The notes under the pieces: generated by a model
Databases searched by the model: none
What the model was told of the DNA's origin: nothing
What the model saw: only the letters and a program-made list of their open reading frames with translations
In this document: piece after piece, positions 13,510-23,819 of the stretch
How positions within the stretch are numbered: position 1 is the stretch's first letter
How the letters are laid out: every line of letters starts with the position of its first letter
Translations under genes and position numbers: made by a program
From: Octopus sinensis
Lineage: Eukaryota
Assembly: GCF_006345805.1 (NCBI RefSeq)
Contig: NC_043004.1
Coordinates: 90,644,001-90,708,000, forward strand
Length of the DNA: 64,000 nucleotides
Reading direction: 5' to 3'

Positions 13510-14864
13510 TAAATAGGCAAGCTGTGGAGACACATAAAAAGCCAGATGTGCAGTATGTGTATATGTGCATAGATGTTCTCATATATGTGTGTGTGAGTGA
13601 GTGTGTACATGCACTTGTGTGTATGTATATATGTGGATATGTGTGTGCACTCATGTTTGTGCATCTTTGTCATTTGACCCAGACTATATTCAAAAGAATT
13701 TTCCAATTGTGGCAATGAAATCTGGTTCACATGATCTCTGTAATTGGTTCTTCAGTGACCACATCTCAGTCTCTGGTTCTAAGCAAGCGACAAAGTTACT
13801 TATACACTGTAAAAAATGTTTCAGTCATTGAATCTCTTCAGGTGGTGATTTACTACAAAGTGTTAGTTTTAAAAATATATTAGGATCTATTTATTTCCAG
13901 CTTACTTTGCTTAGCAGAATGAAGGAAAAACAAAACAAGAAAGAGTGCACGAAACTGTTGAAGAAATGGATCAAGTGGATTAGATTGTACATAATAATGG
14001 CAACGTGACTTTGAAAAGTATTAAAGTGTTAGGTTTCACATAGCTTATAGAATTTATGTGGTTTCATGACTCAGACTGACCAGTTAATGGTCTCACATGA
14101 TGTGGATGTCAGTCAGAAGAAGCATTATCACATGTTAACTCTGTTCTAAGTAAAATGTTTTTTAAGAACAGGCACTGTTCTTATAGTTACTTCAGAGATT
14201 TGACCGCTTATCAGATCTGCACGAAATTCCATCTCTGAGCAGAGGAAAATCATAAATTTTGTACTATATTTGACACTGGACAATGAGTTGTATTGTACTG
14301 GAAACTTAAGTCCCATCAGCTCTTAACACTCTGATTGCCTACTTTTAACTTGAAACATGTATTAAATTGTCATATTTCATTGCTTAAGTGGAGATGGCAA
14401 TAATTTCCACCCCACTTTTTAAAATTTAATTTTTAAGTCAAAAGTGAAGTGGGAAATTTCAAAAGCTCTCGTTGCTATTGGTGTTCAGCTAGAATATTTA
14501 TAGAAAAAGTGTAGTGGCAAGATTATAGAGAGGTATTGTTTTAGTGGGGAAGGTTTATGCAAAATGTTTTGTTTAAACCTTAGAAAGTGAGATAGTCAGG
14601 ATAATGGATAGAGAAGAAATAGATCTGACATATGACACTACCATTCCTTCCATGAGTTGAGTGTACTACTTGGGAATTTCTAGAAACAGAACCGGTGGGG
14701 AGGGAAGGGAAGTGAATGTACATACATTAGCTTATAGACAAGGTTTTCAAATTTGCACATGCACATTCCTAGTAATATGTTAATACTCTTTCAGACCTTC
14801 CTTTAATTGTGGTTTAAGTGTTGTGATTATAAGAAGTTTTCTTCTACTTTGTGCCATTTTTAAG

Positions 14865-15172
14865 ATCATCATGATCATCATCGTTTAACGTCCATTTTCC
14901 ATGCTAGCATGGGTTGGACGGTTCAACTGGGGTCTGGGAAGCCAGAAGGCTGCGCCAGGCCCAGTCTGATCTGGCAGTGTTTCTACGGCTGGATGCCCTT
15001 CCTAACGCCAACCACTCCGTGAGTGTAGTGGGTGCTTTTTACGTGCCACCTGCACAGGTGCCAGATGGAGCTGGCAAACGGCTATGATTGGATGGTGCTT
15101 TTATGTGCTACCAGCATGAGGGCCAGACGAGGCTGGCAACGGCCACAATCGGATGGTGCATTTTTACGTGCC
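14865..15172 (-). mobile_element. RTE 3' UTR/tail retroposon with two array units
   Basis: Reverse complement matches 27585-27760 closely and carries two hairpin units (loops CCTCGT, CTCCAT). Confidence 0.87.
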
Positions 15173-15680
15173 TTGCTAATGATAGGCAGTCAACTCTCTC
15201 AGCCAAGTAAAGGTTTTATATAACTTCTTGTTTTTTGTCATCTAGAATGAAAGTTTTGTTTTCATTGTTGGCAATTAAAAAAAATCTTCCTGACAGAACA
15301 AACCCTTTACTTAAGCAAATCACAGGAGTTTGGAATAGGTTTGAAAGATGAAGTTCAAGTAAAAAAGTGAGGAAGAGAAGAGAGGATGATTGTGGATGAT
15401 TCAGCCTTTTGGAATATCAATTTATCTGGATGCAGTTTGATATCCTCTGAGAATCTCTTTTCAGTAGAGCTGTCAATGGATTTCACTCACGTGATGTAAT
15501 AGAAGAATTTCAGACTTCTTTTACCAAAACTTATCTTCATTAAAATAACCAAACTTTATCAGCTCTTTCTGAATATTTTCTAATTTTATGATGCATGCAT
15601 ACACTGGTTTATGTATATATCTATAATACAGTACTGTTAAAACTTTGTTCATGATATTCTTTAAAAAAAAAAAAAGTGTG

Positions 15681-15712
<32 letters not shown>

Positions 15713-16169
15713 TATAGCTTGTTGCCAAAAGCAATATTCATGATAAATAATGTTTATCTACTTTTTCATTTGTTTCTCATAATCTTTATTTTACAAATTG
15801 CATCAGCTTGGAGTTATTGCGAGGAACCTGTCTAGTTTCTATCAATTTTTTGTTTGCAGTCTACCAAAGATATCAAGTATTTCCTGCAGTTTTGTCTTGT
15901 ACTTCACACTACTTTCTTCCTTTTCACATTATAATAATCAATATATCTATATTACTATCAATTGTCTTTTTTTTTGTCTTGTATATGAAAGTCTCCTAAC
16001 CTGTTGGATTGTTGGGAGTTAACTAGAAAATAGACTGTATCATAACTCATGTTTAAGTCAACCAAGGGAGCCTTTATACAGTTACTCAAACCTGCTAGAA
16101 ATAGCAGTCAACTCTTCCTGAAATTACACTGTTCACACCCTTCAGTTGTTCTGGTAAAATTGCTCTATT

Positions 16170-17050
16170 CTTCATGACTTTTTTTTATAGATAGATGGGT
16201 ATTTATTATTAGAGTAGGAAGTAGCTATAGTTTCATTGTTGCTTGAGTAATTTATGAGTGGAAGAAGTCCAAGGAACTGGTACCTCTTAGCAACTGGGAT
16301 TTCTCTATGCAAAAAGTAAGCCAATGAAGCATGTGCCGGATGTACCATGATTGTGAGTATCAAAGGTGAAAGTTTTATGAATGTTAGAAAGAAATGAGTT
16401 GAAAAATGATGTTGGAAATAAGTTCAGTATTAACCTGCACAAAAAGGCAATGTACATTGAAGAGTGACTGAACATTAAATTGCTATCAACTTATGTATGC
16501 AAGAGAAATGACTACTGTACTGCCATAGGTGTATGATGTATTTGAAAATGAGTTATTTGAAAAGCAAGTGTTCTTTACTGTCAGTGTGAAGGTGGTTGTG
16601 GCTGAAGAAGTGTTGAGGTCAGATTTCTATATTCTGGGCTTTTCAAATAAGATTAACATCAGTAATCATCAAATATTCCTTTTGTATTCACTTAGGTGTC
16701 ATTCCTGGTAATAATGTGTGAAGTCTCTCCAAAGCTTTCTTCCATTACACCTTAGAGTTTCTTCAGGTCATTTTATCCCCATTCCCTCCTTCAGTAGTCA
16801 TTCGAGTGAGTTACAGCTTGCCTCAAAGGTTTTCAAGCCTAGCTGTCTTTAAATAATCACATATAGATGTAGTACTAAGTGATAAGTCTATTGCACTGAA
16901 CATGTTGATATGGATGTATGTTGGTATTTTTGTAAAAAATATTGGAATGATGAAACTGGGAAAATGTGATGGGTGATTTGGATTTGGGTGTTTCCTTCTA
17001 CCAAAGAACCTGGCAACATTTGGTACTGACATACTTAGCATTTGCTGATT
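16170..17050 (-). mobile_element. Old I/Nimb-like LINE remnant (endonuclease end and RT-thumb pieces, internally deleted)
   Basis: PTYIHINMFSAIDLSLS (about 16870-16925) resembles the APE PTY..SAIDLSL motif; EIPVAKRYQFLGL (about 16270-16310) resembles IPVVxExKFLGL. Confidence 0.4.
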
Positions 17051-18263
17051 TAAATACTTATAGGGTGAAGAGATTTTAAACATTTTTCACATTTAATGGC
17101 ATGTTTGTGTTTTTAATATTTTATGAGATGTTTAAGTGGTGAGCTGGCAGAATTGTTAGCATGTCAGGCAAAATGCTTAGCAGCACTTCATGTCTTTACA
17201 TAGTGAGTTCAAATTGCACCAAGGTTGACTTGGCCTTTCATCCTTCCAGATTCAACAAAACAAGCATCAATTGTGCACTGGGGTCAGTGTAATCGACTTA
17301 CCATCCCTCTCCTCAAATTGCTGGCCTTGTGCCAAAATTTGAAGCCAATATTTTATGGACCATTTGCCTCTTTAGTTTTCTGCAATGGCATAATTCTGCA
17401 TGTTTGATGATACGATTTAGCTGAAAGTTTCTTCTGTAAGTATTTTGTTTTAAATTTTATTTGAGGGATGTCTATTTTTGAAAATAGGTTTCAGTATTAC
17501 ATCTGACTCAATATCGTGAGATTATGTATTTTATGGAAGATAGTTTTAAGTGATGGTGCATAATATTATGATAAATGTTTTTGATAGACTGATAAGATTG
17601 TTAAAAAAGAGCACATTGTTTATTCTACTGATTTGTATCCTTTTAAACTGATTTATATTTCTTGTGGAAAAGATTTATTTCGTTTGTTAAGGTACAAACC
17701 TAGAAAGCAACACACTAAAGCTGATGGTTAGTTTTCTTATGCCTTGTGGTGGGAGCTTATTGTCTGACCACTTTACAAGATTTGCTATTCAGAAAGTGAC
17801 TTGGTGGATAAGGTTTTGTGACTGGGGTAAATACTCTGCATACATTATCATCTGCTTTCTATACTGGTATGGGTTAGATGGGATGTCAGAGTCGAAGTCA
17901 TTTCTTACTGAGAGCTACTGCTTCTAAAAGCAGTACTTATCGTTTAGCATGGTTTCTTCAGCTAAGTGACTTTTCTATCATCAACCATTCTACAAAGTAT
18001 ATTGAGTACATTTTCTTGCACTACCAACATTATAGTATTCAGTAACCTGTGACATGTAGACCAAGGAATGGAATACAATAGAGAGTAATGACAACAGAAA
18101 GGCCAGAATTTGGTAGTTGAGAGGGGGCGAAATCAGAGTGTAAGTGTAGTGAGTACTCAGTAGCTTAAGGTGTGTACATCTGCTCAGGTGACCTTGGAGG
18201 GGAATAGGAGAGAGAGGGAGCAAGATATTAGAAGGCTTGTCCTTCATTGGACACTAAACTCTG

Positions 18264-18757
18264 CTTGTGAAGACCTGTTGGGGCAAGTGAAATCGAAATT
18301 GAACCAAATTCGATGATTGGCACCCGTGCCAGTGGAGCGCTAACAGTTTCGTTTGAGCGGGATCACTGCCAGAGTAGCTGTCTGGCTTCTGTGCTGGTGG
18401 CACGTAAAAAGCACATTTGAGCGTGATCGTTACCTGCGTTGCCTTACTGGCACGTGAACAAAACATTTGAGCGAGGTTGTTGCCAGTATCGCTGGACTGA
18501 CTCCTGTGCAGGTGGCACATAAAAAGCATTGTTTGAGCATGGCTGTTGCCAGTACCGCCAGACTGGCCCTCGTGCCAGTGGCACGTAAAAGCACCCACTA
18601 CACTCTCGGAGTGGTTGGCGTTAGGAAGGGCATCAAGCTGTAGAAACTCTGCCAGATCAGATTGGAGCCTGGTGCAGCCATCTGGTTTGCCAGACCTCAG
18701 TTAAATCGTCCAACCCATGCTAGCATGGAAAGCGGACATTAAATGATGATGATGATG
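18264..18757 (+). mobile_element. RTE 3' UTR retroposon with four divergent array units
   Basis: Starts CTTGTGAAGACCTGTTG (as at 27008), has 4 related ~50-65 nt units, then the shared tail and (GAT)n. Confidence 0.87.
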
Positions 18758-19779
18758 TTTCCTTTAAAGGTGAGAGTAAAGCTACATATGATTTTATACT
18801 TTATTCCAGTATACTGTCACAATATTGTATTTCATACAATTTTCCCTACAAAACCACTTTAAAATATCTTTCAATAAATGTATGATGAAACCTACTAAAA
18901 TTGTTTTTTTCCACAAAATATCCTTGTAAACTAGGGGTGTATCTTATGTGAGAGGGTGCATCCAATGCGCTGGTAAATACAGTAAATACAGATAGTCTTT
19001 TTGGTTAATAGGTTAACACCTTTTTACACAGTGGTTGTATGTTAACTTGCTGGATATCTAACCACATAGTTGTGTGTTGAAACCTTGTTATGGACACTAC
19101 TTTTATATCCTCGAGCAAGAAACAACATCCTTCTTTGAGTTTGCTTGACTGATCAAAGTCACCATTTCTCTGTCAAGGTTGAGTGATCATCAGTAGGAAA
19201 GTCATTCAAAAATTTTGTGGGAAGTTATTTTTGTCTCACTCATACAAGCATGAAAAATAGATGACTACAATAATGAAAGACTTTCCCCTTTCTTTCCCAA
19301 AAGCATTGTTCAGAAGCCATTAAATCAGTTTCGTTGTTTGTATTATTCAAAAGGAAAAATTAAAATATCCTTAATTATTGTTGTTAATGTTGCTTTAAAT
19401 ATTTCCTCATGTGAATTGTGTAAAATATGACACACTGATTTCTTTAATCACAAGGGAATTAATGAAGTTGTGCAATGTTAAAGTTTTTCTTTCCCAAGGG
19501 TATAAATGACACACGAGAAGTAAATTGATCTGTTTAGTTCTGTATTACATACAGAATTCAGCTTCATTGTTTTATGAACCAATAAAAGGAACCTTTGTGT
19601 GATTTCTTGAACTCTCTTTTACTCTTTTACTTGTTTCAGTCATTTGACTGCGGCCATGCTGGAGCACCGCCTTTAAACTGCTAAACATATCTGTGAAATC
19701 TCCCTTAAATCAGACCCTACTAACTAAAAATAAGTTTAATTAAGAAGGATAAATTGAATAATGTAATCCCAAATGCACT

Positions 19780-20150
19780 GCCTGGGAAAAAAGTGTGGTT
19801 ATGGCTACTTTGAGTATATGAAGCTGTTGATTTAGAGCTGATTTTAGATTAAACACCAACAACCATATGCAACCAGAATACTTTCCTGTTGAGTCTGCAT
19901 ATTCTCCATGAACAGAAAAATTTAAGATGTCTGTCAGTAGGAACTTACCTCTCCCTCTTTTCAGAAAACTCCACTGATCTCCTTTATTCAAGACTTCATA
20001 CCCATATTCACTATACTTTTCACCATCACCAGTACTGACAATTTCTGATAACCACTCCAATACTGCATCCTTCACTTAGTTGATGATAGTTGATACAATT
20101 CTGTATTACCCTAACTTCAACCAAACTAATCCACATCATTTCTAGAATTG
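19780..20150 (-). mobile_element. Possible highly decayed RTE-like C-terminal fragment
   Basis: VLEWLSEIV....KYSEYG......KRGRGKFLLTDIL loosely follows the LRWxGHV...LYG...RxRGR..LRFKD pattern; weak. Confidence 0.25.
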
Positions 20151-20448
20151 CTTCCCTGTCCATATATTTATAACCTTAAAACAATAACTTCTAATGCTTG
20201 AAGTGGAACTACCAAATGAACTATTCCCACTGATACTAATCATTTAGTGTAAAACTATTGGTCCCCTTCTCTACAGTAATAAAACTATGAAACCTCCAAT
20301 GAAATTCTATTTTATTATTAGCTAGGCATAATGTGACTCTGCCTGGTTCTTGAAAGCCACTAGTAGAGTTTGCACTCAAATAAAACATTTGGTTTCTTTA
20401 GAACATCCCTTGCATCTTTCTAACCAATGTGGTAGGCATACGTTAGGG

Positions 20449-20645
20449 CAGTGCTTTTCAAACTTTTTGCTGGAGCAGAACCCCGAGGAAACATTCCACT
20501 GGCTCAAGGAACCCCTGTGCAATAATTTGTCTTTTGCACACATATCTGCACAGGAGAATTAAAAATTACTGCCGATTTTAGCAGTTTTGTAACTTCTTGC
20601 GGAACCCCTGGACTGTACTGGCGGAACCCTGGTTGAAAACCACGG
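20449..20645. mobile_element. hAT-superfamily MITE, 197 bp
   Basis: TIRs CAGTGCTTTTCAAAC / GGTTGAAAACCACGG; perfect 8-bp TSD CGTTAGGG at 20441-20448 and 20646-20653. Confidence 0.88.
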
Positions 20646-21580
20646 CGTTAGGGACAGTTGTAACTTTACTGAAGACTGGGTCATGAATTCACTTGTACAG
20701 TAAGTTTGTTGATTCCCCTCAAGCTTTCATTAAACTTTAATTAAACTTCTTAGAGTAAAACATTTTATTTTTTCTTCTGCTTTAATATGAAGATAGTGAA
20801 AGTGGAAGTTATTGACTGTCAACTAATAGAAATTCTTTTATCATCTTGAGCTGCTCACTGCTACAAGTAAACATATACCAACAGTATTGCTTATTGTCAT
20901 AGGATGGAATAACTGTTATGTAGGTGTACATTTAAAAGAATGCATAAAAGAAACATGAAAATAGGGTTCAAATGCAATGCATATCTTCTCTTTTCTAGTA
21001 CTTAATCAGAAGAAATATTAAGCTCAAAAGTAATCATAAAGTTTGCATTTGTAAATAAAATAAAATAATTGTTTACATAGATGGCTAATATTTGAATGTA
21101 TTTTCATACTGTCATCACCAGTATCTGAAAGACATTGCTTTGATATACACCTGTGTGTGTGTGTGTGTGTGTAAGATTGTATCTATCTCCCATATATGTT
21201 CAGTATTTGAAAGTATTTTGTGCTATTAACTGAAAGAAAGATATAGTGTTGCTATGCACTTGTGTGAATATATACCTATTGTTTCTTGGCATTTTTTATT
21301 TCCTATACAATCTACTCATCCCAGTATATGACTGGTTGAATAGTGATACGGTTTGTTTCCATAGTATCCAAGTATACCATTAAAAAAAGGCAAAGATTTG
21401 AAATGAAAAACAAAAAACAATAACAAATACATACCTGTTTTGCTTAGTAACTCAATGATAATAAATGTAAACATGTTTCTTTCTGAGAAAATGGGCACTC
21501 CAACAATCAATTCTGCAAATGAAGGTGAGCATAATTTTAGGAGTACACATATTGGATGGTTGTGAGGTTATGTATAATTA

Positions 21581-21809
21581 TGGTGAGCTGGCAGAAACGT
21601 TAGCACGCCGGGCGAAATGCGTAGCCATATTTCGTCTGTCGTTACGTTCCGAGTTCAAATTCCGCCGAGGTCAACTTTGCCTTTCATCCTTTCGGGGTCG
21701 ATAAATTAAGTACCAGTTATGCACTGAGGTCGATGTAATCGACTTAATCCCTTTGTCTGTCCTTGTTTGTCCCCTCTGTGTTTAGCCCCTTGTGGGTAGT
21801 AAAGAAATA
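21581..21809 (+). mobile_element. Second SINE family copy
   Basis: Near-identical to 39415-39645 over its full length. Confidence 0.85.
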
Positions 21810-22096
21810 TATGTTTAATTATGGTAGTCGTGCACAAAATATCTCTCCACTTGCCTCTGAGCCACCAAGGGGTTCTCTGTGTAGTCGTTTGTCTTATCAA
21901 AAAGTGCAGCCAAATCTCCCCAAAATTATTTTCTACTTTCCTAAGGAAGGAACACAGTAGACGGTGTAGTTCACTGCTTTGGTTGGAATGTTTTTGATCA
22001 TAGATCATCTTAATCAGGGTTAACCTGGGCTTAAGCACAAGTACAGCAATCACTGGTTCATCGTGCCATCACCACTGCGACTAAAATAGTCTCTGC

Positions 22097-22316
22097 TCCT
22101 TTAGCGTTTAAACCGGCCATATCCGTCCAAAAGTATTCTACCTGTTTTATGTTCAAACTGGCCAGATCTGGTCTCTCACACCAGCCCTACAATATCGTTT
22201 TAAAAATTAACAGCTACCTCATGAAAATCTTTTGGCTCCAAGATAATGCCTGATTAGTTAAGGCAATGTGGATAAAAAAGGATTAATTTTGGCAGAATAA
22301 TGTGAACACTAAAGGG
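22097..22316. mobile_element. piggyBac-type MITE
   Basis: TIR-like CCTTTAGCGTTTA / TGAACACTAAAGGG followed by TTAA; left TTAA not preserved. Confidence 0.55.
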
Positions 22317-22556
22317 TTAAACTTGCTGATCATTTAGCTCTCCTATAACTTTTACTTAAAACCATTGATTGTGATACCTTCCCTCCATGCCGACCTTGCA
22401 GTAACTTATATTGAGAACATTAACGATACAAATGCTTTCCCTATACCTCTGCCATTCTAAGGAGCCAGAGCGCTCTGTCGTTTGAAACCCTAAATCTGTA
22501 AATGTGATGGATCTACTTAGCTTTCTGAATATTTTTTTGCATATTTAAGTTTGATG

Positions 22557-22558
<2 letters not shown>

Positions 22559-22595
<37 letters not shown>

Positions 22596-22684
22596 GCGTG
22601 TGTGTGCGTGCGTGTGTGTGCGTGTGTGTGCGTGCGCGTGTGTGTGCGTGCGCGCGTGTGTGTGTGTGCGCGTGTGTGTGCATG

Positions 22685-22738
<54 letters not shown>
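22559..22738. repeat. (TG)n/(CG)n alternating purine-pyrimidine tract, ~180 bp
   Basis: Unbroken purine-pyrimidine alternation including CGCG steps. Confidence 0.95.
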
Positions 22739-22740
<2 letters not shown>

Positions 22741-23049
22741 AGTGAGTGCTGATATTGGTGCTCTATAAGATTATTATATTTATACTGATTCAGATAAAGG
22801 ATTTCACTCTTATCATTCTCGTTGCCACTGTTGTCATCATCTTCCTTAGATTATTATCTATACCCACCACCGCCACTGGAATACTTCATTGCTATTATCT
22901 TTCTTGAGGGAATATTTATAGGACTGGAATGACATCTTTCTTAGATAAAGGTTTTTACTTTTTATATATGAATTAAATTATTTTTTTACCCACCTCACAC
23001 ACATTTATCCACTAACAGTAAATTTTTACAATTTTTCTTTCTTTTACAG

Positions 23050-23082
23050 AAAGAATACTCGCTTACCACTATTGGAACCATG
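23050..23082 (+). CDS. Candidate 33-nt exon of the host gene (start-codon exon ending in ATG, or phase-1 microexon)
   Basis: Long pyrimidine tract ending ttttctttcttttacAG (23048-23049), perfect donor GTAAGT at 23083; all three frames open (phase 0 KEYSLTTIGTM; phase 1 xRILAYHYWNH). No homology evidence; linkage to the downstream exons is unproven. Confidence 0.45.
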
Positions 23083-23367
23083 GTAAGTATTTTACCCTCC
23101 CCCACCTATTTTCTCTCTCTCTCTCTCAATCTTTGTTACATTTACCAGTATCCAAAAACAGTCTCTCAAAGATAGCTAATTGCTTTTGTTGCAGTATTTT
23201 CTAAGTGTGTCATCATAATTGGCTGAAATGATTTGAGTACTGAACTGAATGACTTATTTAGTTGTGTGCTTTATATGATTAAATTAAAATTCTACATGCG
23301 TAGACTTTGATTTTCATCACTCCAGGATTATCAGTAAAATGAGCACCAGTCATATAGTAGTAAAGGG

Positions 23368-23620
23368 ACTCTTTTACTCTTTTACTTGTTTCAGTCATCT
23401 GACTGCGGCCATGCTGGAGCACTGCCTTTAATCGAGCAACTCGACCCCGGGACTTATTCTCTTGTAAGCCCAGTACTTATTCTATCGGTCTCTTTTGCCG
23501 AACCGCTAAGTTACGGAGACATAAACACACCAGCATCGGTTGTCAAGCAATGCTAGGGGGACAAACACAGACACACAAACACACACACGCATATATATAT
23601 ATATATATAATATATATACA
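23368..23620 (-). mobile_element. CORE-type SINE 3' half (split by the RTE)
   Basis: Matches 61756-61990 and ends in the (TA)n tract where the RTE begins. Confidence 0.85.
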
Positions 23621-23819
23621 TTTTTCCCCCTCAAATATAGTATTCAAACTAGTTGCTTCGATTTTGTCGCCCGCCCTCCCACCCCCACCACCAATACCGG
23701 AAGTTTCTACCCTAATACCGGAAACTACCCCCTCCCCCACTAGCACCTATGTAGGGTTTATCTGAACATATAGCGCAAAAATTGTGAAAAGTATGCAGGT
23801 TGTAGTCTAGAGTTTCCAT

